Assembly: GCA_002633005.1 (NCBI GenBank)
Contig: NMRA01000573.1
Location: 1-64,000, forward strand
Reading direction: 5' to 3'
Length of the DNA stretch: 64,000 nt
Source of the DNA: Phoronis australis
Lineage: Eukaryota > Animalia > Phoronida
Shown in pieces: positions 27,806 to 40,608 of this stretch. Positions within the stretch are counted from its first letter, which is position 1. The number at the start of each line of letters is the position of its first letter. Under the pieces are notes generated by a model, which was given only the letters and a program-made list of their open reading frames with translations, ran no database searches and was not told where the DNA came from. Position numbers and translations under genes: made by a program.

Positions 27806-29497
27806 AACAAGAGCAACGCGGAGCGTTGAAATGTGCCCACGAATGCATCGCAAATGGTGTGCTTTTAGGGTTATTTATTTGTATCATAAAAATGGCCACT
27901 AGATGGCGCAAAAACGTACAATCCACCCAAAAACGGGAACATGTCATATTTCATAAAAATCTGTCAAGGAACTTCAGAGAAACAAAGGAAAACAGAATAA
28001 TATGAAATTCCCACTTGTGGGCACAGCGTTCGTTGGATCCGCCTGAAAGTCGTCGTCTGTTGTTATCTTCATATAAATACACTCACTAAATTTAATAAAG
28101 ATCCTGAAGTGGGTTTAGGAGATGTAGCTATGGGCGCAAAACAAAACATAACTACCACCAGGAGGCGCCACACTAGTCAGTTATCATCATCAAACGTCCT
28201 CTTCGCACTGAAAACATATACGCCAATTATCAAAACTATCCCTAGAATGATTTCGTTGATAGAGGGGTGGACGCCAAAAACAAGATTTGAAAACAGCAAA
28301 AATGGCCACTAGGTCGCCCAAAATACCTCAATTCCATCCAAAAACATAGATGCCTATATTCACAACTTTATGAAAATATTTTGAGGACCTTTGAAGGTAC
28401 AGACTGGTAAACGTAAAAAACTAAAATTGCCACTAGGGGGCACACCAGTAGTCAGATCCGTCCGAAAGTCGTCGTCGTCCGTTGTCAATATCATATAAAT
28501 ACACTCGCTAAATTATGTAAAGATCCTGCAAACGGTTTAGGAGATACAGTCATGAGCGCAAAAAAAAACAAAAGTGCCACTAGGAGGCGCCACAGTAGTC
28601 AAAGTCGTCGGAAAATCATCGTCAGCCGTCCACTTTATAGTAAAAACATACATCCCAATTTTCACAATTATCCTGAAAGCGGTTTCGTTGATAGATGACT
28701 GAACGCCAAAAACAGACTCGAAAACAGTAAAAATGGCCACTAGATGGCGCAAACTTGGTCGAATCTATCTGAAAATTGAGAGATAGCGTCACTTAATTAA
28801 CAGATGCGTGTATGCCAAATTTTATGAAAATACGTTGAGGACGTTTGAACACACAGAGGTAAACGTAAAAAAGATAAAATTGCCAGTAGGTGGCACACCA
28901 GTAGTCAGACCTATCCGAAAGTTGTTGCTTTCCGTCGTCAACATCACATAAATACACTTACTAAATTTATTAAAGATCCTGCGAACGGTTTAGGACATGC
29001 AGCCATAGGCGCAAAAAATGCCACTAGGAGGCGCCATAATAGTCGAAGTCGTCGGAAAATCATCGTCATACATGCCAATTTTCACAATCATCCTTTGAGA
29101 GGTTTGGTTGATAGAGAGGTGGACGCAAAAAACGAACTCGAAAACACAAAAACATCGCCACTAGGTGGCGCAAACTACGTCGAATCCATCTGAAAACGTA
29201 AGGTTAGCCTCATCTCACTGATAGGTGCCTATGTACCAATTTTTATGAAAATCCGTTCAGGACTTTTGAAGTTACAGAGGTAAACGTAAAAAACTAAAAT
29301 TGCCACTAGGGGTCACACCAATAGTCAGATCCGCCTGAAAGTTCGCTCATGCCGTCCCATCCACGGAAGAAACACATGTGCAAAACTTCCTGAACATACG
29401 TCCAGACGTTTTGGAGCGGACGCCGGACGCCGGACTCCGAACGGATGGACGGAGATGACGACATAATGAGTCCACATATAAATACGTTTGCGCATAA
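27806..29497 (-). mobile_element. Helentron/HINE copy with ~3 internal units
   Basis: Same termini (aacaagagcaacgcggagcgttgaaatgtgcccac ... ccacatataaatacgtttgcgcataa). Unit starts at ~28005, 28423, 28876 and 29295. Confidence 0.85.
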
Positions 29498-29528
29498 AAA
29501 CTATAATCAGATTCGAAAGAAGTTAATC

Positions 29529-29755
29529 AACACCTTCTCATTTGAAATAAGTTTTTTTCAAATAAATGAGCTTCGAAAAAAGGACTTAAATTGAATACTA
29601 TATATAAATAGGATAGACCACTCGAATGAAGTCAGTGAGCTATAGACCACTGACTTCATTCGAGTGGTCTATCCTATTTATATATAGTATTCAATATAAG
29701 TCCTTTTTCGAAGCTCATTTATTTGAGAAAAGCTCATTTCAAATGAGAAGGTGTT
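29529..29755. repeat. Near-perfect palindrome (arms ~108 bp, 10-nt loop), a foldback/MITE
   Basis: aacaccttctcatttgaaat...gaagtcagtg / agctatagac / cactgacttc...atttcaaatgagaaggtgtt. Confidence 0.9.
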
Positions 29756-29982
29756 AATCCCCTCGAAACAATGAACCCATATGATCTGAATTGAAAACTA
29801 CAAGTGAGAACAATTGTGGGCGGAATGTATGAAATTACGGAATTCATGGCTCCGAAAGTTTACAAGTCGACAAATAAATAAAACCGAAGATCAACACAAG
29901 TCTGAAAGAATATTAGTTGTTTTACTATCAGTTTGATAGGGCTGTTTTTAGAAACGTTTTTATTTGCCCCATAGGGTATTAA

Positions 29983-30095
29983 AACAAGAGCAACGCAGAG
30001 CGTTGAAATGCGCCCACAATTGCACCGTATACGGTGTCCTTCTAGGGTTGTTTATTGGTACCATAAAGTGACCATATAAATATGTGGGCGCGTAA
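29983..30095 (-). mobile_element. Minimal (~113 bp) internally deleted HINE copy
   Basis: The first ~88 nt match the 22324 copy and join directly to catataaatatgtgggcgcgtaa. Confidence 0.85.
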
Positions 30096-32639
30096 AAAAT
30101 CATTCAATGTTACATAACTTGCCTTCAGACTTGCGAATCTTCGGAGTATCTAGCTCCATCTTATTTATACTAATGCACTGTGACTTGCACGCTACTTTAA
30201 ATTCCCTTCTTAATTTTAGTCTTCGGTTGTTATTTTCAGTCAAAGTCTTTCATGCTTCCTCTTCCGTCTTGGTTATCCGTGAGTCGGATCGTATCGTTGT
30301 GGCGTGGGCATGGTAAGTAAATAAACGAAATCGTTCATTAATAAAATTTACAAACAATCGATAAATCAACTATTGTTTTCAATATGCCATTCGGAAACTA
30401 ATTAAAAAATCCTTATCCCTGCCACGGTAGTAATCGATCACGGGAACCACTGTTCAGCTCCATTTGATCTTGGCATTTGGAGAAGAATTCAAATAACACC
30501 ACTCAGCATGCATTTTGTGACCTTGAACGTAGTTTGAATTTATTCATGCTGTATTTCTTGATATGCTAGGATTGGTGTTAGTATGTTAGTGCAATTGTTA
30601 GTCGGGATTAAAAAGAGTTTGTTAGCGTCAACGCGAATGTACCAGTAAGACAAGTAACAAACTCTTAGTGCAAGCAAATGGTAATAGATATGATGGATGG
30701 AGAGCTTTATCTATTCGAAGTACATGTGCGTCATCGTAACCCAAACACTAATACTTGAGTACAACCCAATTATCTGGACACCATACATTTGTCACAGGTG
30801 GGTAACTGAAACTGTGAGTGTCAGCCAGACAAAAATGTTATCAAACGAATGTTACACATCTCTATCGCCCTTCATATATCGGGTAAGACAGGATCCCATG
30901 GTGCACGCCCTCACGTAAGAAGCAACTCCTGGGATTTTTTACCTTTCCGACTCTGGTGTCATTTTGTGTTGGTGGTTTAGCGACATCTTGGCCGGGTGCA
31001 CTGCCAGTTGTGGCGAGGTCCTGTATGACCATAGAAAAAACGTCAACATTTCTCTAACTTTGAAGCTTCAAAATCGTGTACATTTCCCCAACTTTGAAGT
31101 TTTATATCTCAGAAATAGCTGTCCAGATTTATGTAAAACTTCCAAATCCAAGGACTTAAACACCGTTTACAAAACGAATTCAAAATACAATCATGATATT
31201 TTAGAACATTAATAGTTTTTTGAGATTACGTCTTGGAACATTTTCATCAAATGAAATTCGAACTTGTTATCGATACCGTTGTTTTGCTATTACTGTGCTT
31301 TTCTTTTCTTTTTCGCTAAATTTTACTTAAGGGAAATATTCTTGTGAGTTAATCATTATGAACATCAGACAAGTAAAACCCGAAATTTCAAATTCATTTA
31401 CTTGGGTTTCTAGTTTCCGATAATATAAACATTTAAGGAGTTAAAATATTTAATTTTGTAAAAGAATTAGCTAAAATCGCATACTTGGCAATAAAGTCCA
31501 ATCAACCTTCGAGGACGAATTTAACATATGTGAGCTGAGGTGAGTGTATTTCATAAGTATACATTGAAAGAAATTTGGTTAGGAAAGTAAAAAGATGCCC
31601 CAACAAACTTGTAACTGAAGTGTAAAACATTTTAAATGCTCTTTTCTCATGAAAGTTGAACGGTAATACACTTTTCAACTCTGCTGTCAGTCGTATTAGT
31701 GGTACTGCAGGAACTTTTTGATCCACTGTAACCCGTCGTGACGTCGTGGTCCTGTATGGTCCCGTAAGGATGATAAACCTTATATTGATGTCAACCAATC
31801 CACTTTCTGTCACCTGCTTTGCATCTTTAGTGTCAATCCTCCAAAATAAGAGCAGGAACCAACTGAAAAAACTTATACTTCCTATCTCATAAATTGCACG
31901 TTGTGGTCCTTGACGGGTGGCCTTTTCCAAAGGTGCTGTGTAACTTGTTAAAAGCGTAGGTCACGCTTACCCGTTTAGCAGAATTTGTTAGAAGTTTTCA
32001 AAATTTCCTCCAGACTTTTAAGGGTTGGCGATAAGTTAAAAAGCATTATTTTGTTTCAGAGAACTGGATGGGGAAAGTCATTTTTAGTATGTGTAAGTAC
32101 ATGAAGGCCAAAACCGAGTTTGGTATCCTTTTAATGATAAACAAAGCCCAGCTATTTAACAAATGACAAAGTCGCTCAAATATAACACAGCAATTAAGAC
32201 TAAATGTAGTTCACTTACGAGAAGGAATATATTACAGGCGACCCGAACTGAGAGCCTATAATGTATTTTATATTGACAAGATCTTCCAGTTACACAATTA
32301 CCAACGCAGTTTTTGAAAGACTGCACTGAAACCAGTTGTGAAACCGTGTACTTGAATAAAGACGTATACCTGAAGTAGATTTTTCACTTCGCTTTTCCAA
32401 ATAAAACAAGTGATTGATCAAGTTTTGATGGCTCAAGTGAGTACACACATGTAGTCAAAACCGGTAACTGCCAGGACACTGATTTACAGCAGAACGGCAC
32501 CACATCTTTGTCCCTGGTGTCATTCGTGTTAGTGGTCCTTCTGCCCTTTTGGTACACTGTAACTGCTCGAGACGTCAGGTGACGTGGGTAAATGGTACAC
32601 CAGTCAGCCAAAGTCCACTAGTTAGACGATTTGCCAAGT

Positions 32640-33751
32640 GACTGTACTTCGGGAGCAAGTTTTCGGTCATACAGAATTTGTTAAATGCACGACACTTTTC
32701 ACTGTTCACAGTCTTTATTCCGTTGCGTTCATACTTTCGGAACAAAACTCTACTCTCAACTGAACATAGATATAGTAACTGACCAAGCGACATAATTAAA
32801 CGACGCACTAATTTCGAAACATACTTGTTTCATTCTCAAGTGAAGATAAAATGACACAGTAATGCCACCACAGAGTATAAGCTGACGACACACACAGTGA
32901 GACACGGCGGGTGTGAAATACTGCAAAGAATGACTAATGAATTGGGGTAACAGGAAAGTCACGCAAACAAGTGTAACGTGCGGCGCGACCCTGTTTGCTG
33001 CTCATTCAAAACAGGCTTCTCAAAAGCAATTAAAAGGGGCTAATACTTTCAAACGCAGCACATCTTGCTCCACGTAGCGAATTGACGTTATTATTTATTA
33101 TCGGAATAGGAAGTCCTCCAACTTGGTCATGAAAAATAACATTTCTAAAGCAAAAGTCCTCCCCGTTGCACAGTGTAGTGTTGTTTATGAGTTTGTATGC
33201 CCTATGAACGAATGTCTTCGTTCAAACGTCAAATAATGTTACACTGGTCAACGAACGGTTTGCAGTCTTTCCTGTCAGTTATCCATGCATCTTCAAAATG
33301 GCGCCATTCAATATCATTTTGTGCAATACCACGCACGTAAAATCACCCGTCAAGAAATTGTGGAAAACACGTCAATTCGCTACGTGGAGCAAGATGTGTT
33401 GCGTTTGAAAGTATTAAAGAGTCCCTTTTAATTGCTTTTGAGAAGCCTGTTTTGAATGATCAGCAAACAGGGTCGCCCCGCACGTTACACTTGTTTGCGT
33501 CTCCTTCCTGTTACCCCAATTCATTAATCATTCTTTGCAGTATTTCACACCCGCCGTGTCTCACTGTGTGTGTCGTCAGCTTATACTCTGTGGTGGCATT
33601 ACTGCGTCATTTTATCTTCACTTGAGAATGAAACAAGTATGTTTCGAAATATCGTGTGTCTTTTAATTATGTCGCTAGGTCAGTTACTGTATCTATGTTC
33701 AGTTGAGAGTAGAGTTTTGTTCTGAAAGTATGAACTCAACAGAATAAAGAC
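32640..33751. mobile_element. Mutator-like/foldback element with ~380-bp inverted arms and a 9-bp TSD
   Basis: Arms 32710-33088 and 33370-33752 are reverse complements. TTGCCAAGT occurs at 32631-32639 and 33752-33760. The empty-site sequence (gacgaaaggccaagtacctaaaa) is seen in the sibling repeat near 25165. Confidence 0.78.
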
Positions 33752-36050
33752 TTGCCAAGTCGCTAAAAAATGCACAATAAGAAGTGATCAACCTTATATG
33801 ACCTGAATTGAAAAGAATGTGTACAGAGTTTATATGACATTAAGGTATTCATGGGTCGCAAGGTTTTCAAGTCTAAAAATCCATAAATCTGAAGACAACA
33901 GGGCTTGGAATGACCAATGACAAAAAACGCGGAAACTTTTACGGCCCATAACATGCGCGCTACCCAGCCTTGAGTTTACAATCACACGAGACGCCATTGA
34001 AAATCCCACCACGCAATCCCAGATGCCCCGGCAATGTTGACAATTTACTTTCCTCCGAAACATAAAGAACAACTTCCGCTTTTCGAGGTGAACGTCGTCG
34101 GCAACGCCGCGGTAAGAAAGGAATTTGCCGCGGATATTTTATATCAAATCCGATTTTTTTACGCGGAAATATAATAACATGCGCAAACAGAACATTTGAA
34201 AAAAGCGGAAATCCGCGTTTCCGCGGAAAATTCCAAGCCTTGTTATTCACACAATTACGAAAACCCACCGAAGGTTATAAATTTGAACTTTCATGACACT
34301 AGGTTCCGAACAGTGATTTTGAGCAAAACGTCCAGGGATTTATTTGCACACGGCTGCTTGAAACTAGTTCTCCGAATAGCCTGTGCCTCTCAAAACGGGA
34401 TTCAAACATGAAGTTGGGCGATTCACTGAGTTGCTGTTGTTGTATTACTGCAAGTTCACTAGCTAGGCCTCTAGAAGTACTCACCAGTTAAAACACAGCT
34501 ATTCAAGCTCCAGTAAAACCCAATCCAGGTGCCCATCCCGCCTGACATCCTGATTGCTTGCTGAAAGACTGCCAGCAGGGTTCCCGCCAGCAGTTTAAAT
34601 AAAACAAGCATCCGGGGAAACATAAAACTGACAAATTACAAGACACCATAGAAAGATAAAGGACGAATGATGTTGACGATTACAACACTGTAGTTATTTA
34701 CATGTTCGAAGTATGGTTTATCGCCGCCAAGATTTTGCTGCTTGGCTCAGTCGTTGACTTTGAATCGCTGGTTTCTGGCATCATTTCGGACTTTCGGACT
34801 AGTTTCGAACTAGTAGTTTTTTCTTTCTGTCGGATTTGTGAACCTTCGCCCTTATAATGCCTTTTTATTCATTTGTGGTACATGTATAATGAGAGTTCGA
34901 ACTTGTGAACCTTTGGAGTATAGAGCTGTACCCTATTTATACTAATACAGTATGACATGCAAGCAACGTTAGATTACATAAACCCCCTGTTAGATTATCT
35001 TCTTAATTTTCGTCTTCCACCTTCTCTTCCGTCTTGGTTATCCGTGGGTCGCAGCTTGTTAATATATGGGTATGGCGTGCGAATAGACAAAAACATGCAG
35101 TAATGAAATTTACAGACACTCGGCAAATCAACTATTGTTTTCAAGTTGACACTTCGAGATTAATTGAAAAAGCTACCAAGGCAGTTAGAATCGATCACGG
35201 GAACCATTGTTCTGATCCATACGTTGGGTGTCATCCTGATCGTGTTCCCGTTTTATGCATATCTGGATTCTACATATGTACGTGTCCCGCCGGGGTTCGG
35301 TATGACCAGTTTTCATTGCATCGGACGGAGTTCTATGTGTCCTGGTGTGATAGCTGTGATTGTCCCCCTGCAGAGAATGTCCTAGCTGCATGTATTTGAA
35401 TGCCGGTGTACTGGCACTTTAATCAGTGGATTAGCCGGATGCTTCATTCAAATACACACAAGCCGGACAATTTCTCCAAGGGGGACAATGGCTACTTTCA
35501 CACCGAGTTCTATGTGTCATTGGTCAGTGCTCGATGAGCCAAGAAAATTAACATACCCATCAAGTTCGCCGTTTGCGACCTCAGTAGCCGAAATCTCGAA
35601 AACCAAAGGCGCATTTTCAAGAAGTGAGCTAGCATTCCAAAATTCCAGGGGGCATTGCTTTATCTGACAACGACCAGAATCCAATGCAACTAAGGAGAAT
35701 GCATAAAAATAACACGTTACTTTATTACTTGTTGAACTTATGCCCTAAATCAGGATCGAAAAGCACCTGACAACTGTCATGTGGGCCTAAATGGCAAGTG
35801 TTGCTAAAACTTGCACACTCATCCGCTTAGCGTCTGGGCTATTGCGCAAAACACAGGGACACAAAAACCCGGACAGATAGGACCCGAAGTCCATAAAACG
35901 GAACGCATGTTAGGGCGCTGGTTAGTATGTTAGTACAGTTGTTAGTCGGGATTAGAAAGAACGTTAAATTAGCAAGTCAAGTATCAAACGTCTAGTGCAA
36001 GCTAATGATAATACATTTGATAGATGGATAGATATATCCATTTAATAATA

Positions 36051-36104
36051 ATGACAACGACAACGACGACGACGACAACGACAACGACAACGACAACGAT
36101 GATG

Positions 36105-36152
<48 letters not shown>
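36051..36152. repeat. Compound trinucleotide microsatellite (ACR)n-(ATG)n-(ATT)n
   Basis: Directly visible in the sequence. Confidence 0.95.
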
Positions 36153-36153
<1 letters not shown>

Positions 36154-37522
36154 TAGTAATATCACTTATTGTACATCGTAGGCTTTGCTTACTCATACAG
36201 AAATACATAAATTTAGATGTATATTCAGAGTATTTACACGCACAGCAGTTCTTCTTTAAAGCCAGTCTTCTCAGTGAATATCCATTTGAATAAATGTGCG
36301 TCATCACGACCCGAACACTAATGTATGAGTATAACCCAAAGTACAACTACTGTAAAATACAGCCGACACTTAAAACATATACGTATTACAACTACCTGTA
36401 CACCTAACAGTTGCCACAGGTGGAGAACTGTAACAGCAATCAGCCAGACAAAAATGTAACTAATGACAGAAGTTCCGCACCTGTATGATCCTTCATGTAT
36501 CGGGTAAGACATCATCTCCTCACGGTGCGCGCTTTCAAGGAAATGGCCTCAATCTGAAACAGCAGGCCGAGCCACTCAAAGGGAAACATTCAAGGGTCAT
36601 GCTATTACTTCTTAGGAGGGGTTATCGCGCTTTCCAATGAACTACGAGCACACCAAGTCATCGAAGTGCAACAACCAGGTAACCACGTCATTACACAATC
36701 CAGATCAATAAACTCGCCTTTTAGAGATACTGAATACCTAAAGAGTGTTCTCAATAGAAAATCGTACCACATGTCATCTTGCAGTGAATAAACTGGAGAG
36801 ATCTTCGAGGGCATTGCATATGAATGGAAACTTTCAAAAACTAAACCGCATGGGGGCTACGACGAAGTTAGATGCAGGTCGTCCGTCAGTCTTAAATCGT
36901 GAACACAGATTTGCCTTGGGGGTCGTGGTCTCTCAAACGGATAGGTCGGTGTTTTTTGTTTCCTGTCTGTCAACTTTCGATTCAGGAACTCGTATTGCTT
37001 TCCACTATCAGGCTCTGCCCGCCCGTGATTAACGCGAACCCTACCGGTCGTAGCATGAGAATATCCATAGCCAAAAGTGATATGTAAAGTGTTGCTATAA
37101 ATCTGTCTAAATAGTAAAGTAAACTTGTACAACTGTATGCGCGAGTTTTCTATTTAACCTATTAAAACGAGTCTTAAAAGCAAAATTAAAATCAACAGAC
37201 GCACGTGTACAACCTGGGAAGCTCATTTATATTGAGAAGCAAATTGTTGAAGGCACTCTATTCTTATGGCTTCACACAGGTCATATGTTGGTCACATCAC
37301 GTGAAGACGTGTCAAACATGTAAATTCTTACTGTGGCACAATTAATTTTCTATGCAATTTACAAAAAAACAACTATAGAGTTTAACATTATGTAAAATTT
37401 AAGCATTTGTTTCAATACTACATTTGTCCACGGTTTCATTAGAGAGCACGTGTCGGATCGAGTCTACACAGTCACTTGTCTTTGAAAGTTTATTATTGGA
37501 GTTCATGGTGATTATTTAAAAA

Positions 37523-38195
37523 CCTAATGACTTTGTAGAATGTATCCATTCTAGTAATGACGATGGTATTTTTCTATGTCAAAATGTTTCCCATGTGAAA
37601 ATTTTGTGATATGCTGATGATATGGCTAGTTTATGTACTTAATCTCCAGTTAAACTTCAAAAACTACTGTGTGCTTTAAGTAAGTTCTGCCAGGAATGGA
37701 GTGTGTCTGTAAATTTAGTGAAGACCACAGTTATGGTGTTTAGAAACGGAGGTCCCTTGAGAAATTGCGAGATGTGATATTTTGGAGGTGAAAAACTCGA
37801 AGTGATTTCCATGCCAGCTACAAGTATCTTGGTGTTGTGTTCACGCCAAAGTTATTGTGGACTATGGCTGCTCAGACCCTGTCAGCTCAAGCCACGGAGG
37901 TAGCCATTACAGTCGACAAGCTACAAAGAAGCTGGACCATATTTCAACCACGTGTGGCTTTTGAGACATTTGATAAAATAATTTACCCCAGCTCATGCTA
38001 TGGAGCCGAAATATGGGGCTTACAAGAATACAACTGGTTAGAACAAGTGCAAATTAAATTTTGCAGGCGTGTATTGGGTGTAGCTAATTCATGCTGAAAC
38101 AATGCTGCACTGAGCGCATGTCGGCAGTTGCCGTTATTTACTAATCACTACGTTGCCGTGATCACGCATTGGTTCAAACTTCTCAAAATGCCTCC
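37523..38195 (+). mobile_element. Degenerate non-LTR (CR1/L2/Daphne-group) reverse transcriptase fragment
   Basis: YADD at 37610, followed by LQKLL..L.KFCQEW.VSVNL.KT.VMVF, YKYLGVVF and CYGAEIWG......LEQVQIKFCRRVLGV. Contains stops and frameshifts. Confidence 0.9.
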
Positions 38196-40064
38196 TCGCA
38201 TGACTTTGACCAAAATGGTCGGCACTTCCGAAATTGAGCCACATCACTTAGACTTATACAGCCGATTTCATAAAGGTGGTTTAAAGTTAAACCTGGTTTA
38301 AACTGGACTTAGACCAGGCATAAAGATAATCTGCATTTCATAAAGTGGCTTAACATTTAGACCAGTGATCTAGTAAAACCTCGTTTAACTCGTATTTAGA
38401 CCTGGTCTATATTCTTTAGATCTGTATTAAGATCTTAAACCAGGTTTAACTTTAGACTTGGTCAGACCTAGGTTTAACTGTTAAATATGACAGATTTGCA
38501 TGATATAGGTGCAACTGAATGAGGCCGCGGTGTGCATTTACGACGCAGTTTTAGAGCGAAATGGACTATTTTCAATATTCAGTTTTACGACACAAGATCA
38601 AACGTATCAGCTACGTATCCACGACTTTTAAGGGGAGGGGGTCGGTCAAGAACTTTTTAAAAGGGGGGACCGAGTCAACAATTTGAAGATTATAGATTTG
38701 ATCTCACTAAAATCAAGCAAAAAGGGAGTCCGAACCCCTTGACTCCCTTGGATCCGCCTATTATTTACGCATACTGACTCACAATAGAAGCCTGATAAGA
38801 GTGAAGGTGGATAAATGCGGTGTTCCTACAGTTTCTGGTGGTGGTGGATGTGTTCACGACATGAAAAGGCGCAGACGCACAGTAAATGTCGGGTACCCAG
38901 TTTTTTTGTTAGTCCTCTCGCTTTTTTGTCAGCAAAAGGTCCACATCGCCAGAAATTCGAGCCCCCCATATTAAAGGTTAGGTGCGCGCATGACAATGTT
39001 AAGAAATGATAAAAATATTGTTTGGAATTGGAAGAAAGAAGAATGTTTTTGAAGACTAAACTAATTGTGGGTTACACAAAGGTGTTATTCCCTTGGTTAT
39101 ACAACGACAAAAATATCGGCAATTTTTCCAGTGCATTACAACAATAATGTTTTCGAAAAATTGTTAATAGGGAAGGCATTAAATATGAAGTCGAGTTGTT
39201 CGTACGAAACTCGCTGCGTCGGACTCTTTCTTGGCCGTGTACAGAGGACATGTCCAATGATATTAAACGTTAGACATGTACACTGCACACAAGTAAGCAA
39301 CAAAAGATGATTGTCAATTGGCTTAGACCTGAGTTCGACACCAGACGGGGGTTGACCTCGGGGCGAAACTGACTGGTTGACGAAACCAGATTCGGCGGCG
39401 CGGGGTTGCGCTCACTTGTTTCGCCCCCTCCCGTCTTAACAATCCTACGGATATAAGTGTTCCCAAAATGTTCCCTGCGTCCAGCGAACGCCTCTAAAAT
39501 CGGAAATGTGCACTATATACCAAATCTCAATGTGAGGGAGTGATTTTTTTGAAAATTTGAAACCTTACAATGTAAGTAGAAAACGATAAAATTCTTGCCT
39601 CAAAAGATACAGCACGCTACTTGCCGGTTGTGAAAAAACTACGATTCCTTGTATGCATAGATTACAGACAACATGTACTATAGTCTATGATGTATGCGAG
39701 CGTGCCAATACATTTTGTGACTTCTTTCATGCTCAAAATTTTATTTGTGACTTGTGACTTCGATCCGTTTCTGGTAACGGCAACAATCGACTCAGACTAT
39801 AAAATGTATGGCTTATATTTTGAATTTAACACACTGCAAATGTCATGACTGATTAAAATCTGCTAGCTAATTACCAGTCACCGATTTTGTTCTGGAGGCC
39901 TAAAATGTCAAGACATTCGTGGCAGAAACTATGACGAATTTTTCGCGAAAATCTGCTAGTACGGCACGTGGTCACGTTCTGCTGTGAATCTGAAACTCGG
40001 CGGACGCTCAAATATTAGTTTGAAAGAAAAAGTATCGTGTCATCATTGCTTACTTGTTTTCGGC

Positions 40065-40209
40065 ATGAAGACGGTCGCATCAAATTTTCTTTTCTTTCTC
40101 GTGATTGAGCTTTGCACAATTTTTGCACAGCCGGGAAAATTTCTGTATCAGTTAACGCGACGGAGATTGGCTAAAAGGGAATTGGGCAAAGTTGCATACT
40201 CACTTTGTC
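40065..40209 (+). CDS. GM2-activator-like (ML domain)-Sushi protein, exon 1 (signal peptide)
   Basis: MKTVASNFLFFLVIELCTIFA is a hydrophobic leader, continuing to ...LGKVAYSLC. Donor C|gtaagt, phase 1. Confidence 0.8.
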
Positions 40210-40608
40210 GTAAGTAAACGTGTCTTGTCCTAAATAGCGTTATGAACAGTGTGAAACTAAAAGGACTGCGGCTATTTTGGTTGCCGCACAGGCACTGGGT
40301 TGCCGTACTGACAACCTCTTTGATTTTCTGAAGCGTTGTGGTATAAATGGTTCCTCGTGTGGAGATCAAAAATTTTCTTAACAAAGTTTTCCATACCGAT
40401 TTTGTGGGAGCGGTCCGTTGTAAACCAACCCTTACCCGCGAGTAGGCTATTAGCGAGTGGGGGTCTGGCATAGTTTTGAACTTTTTTCACGTACCTACAG
40501 AGAAGGAATCACTGCTATTTTTTTTCTCGCTTAGTTTTGGCACGTTTTGATCCAAGGGTACTCGAATTTTCAAAGCTACCAGCTGTTTGATTCCTGTTAT
40601 ATTTTCAG

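Larger units (their letters stand above)
19590..36545. repeat. Degenerate local macro-repeat array (several partial copies of a ~1.5-2.5 kb unit, interrupted by nested insertions)
   Basis: Landmarks recur in the same order: agccagtgcct (~19602, 25482, 26516), (c)acaggtgg (24337, 27421, 30793, 36415), tctggtgtc (~21462, 24498, 27581, 30952), plus several aaaatttacaaacaatcg-like and gggtatggcgtg-like words. Confidence 0.85.

Noticed and set aside
36002-36346. ORFs with poly-Ile, poly-Val and poly-Thr
   Set aside because: These are translations of a trinucleotide microsatellite.
39325-39400. gttcgac and gaaac words suggesting a tRNA or ribozyme
   Set aside because: I could not fold a cloverleaf or a complete hammerhead core.
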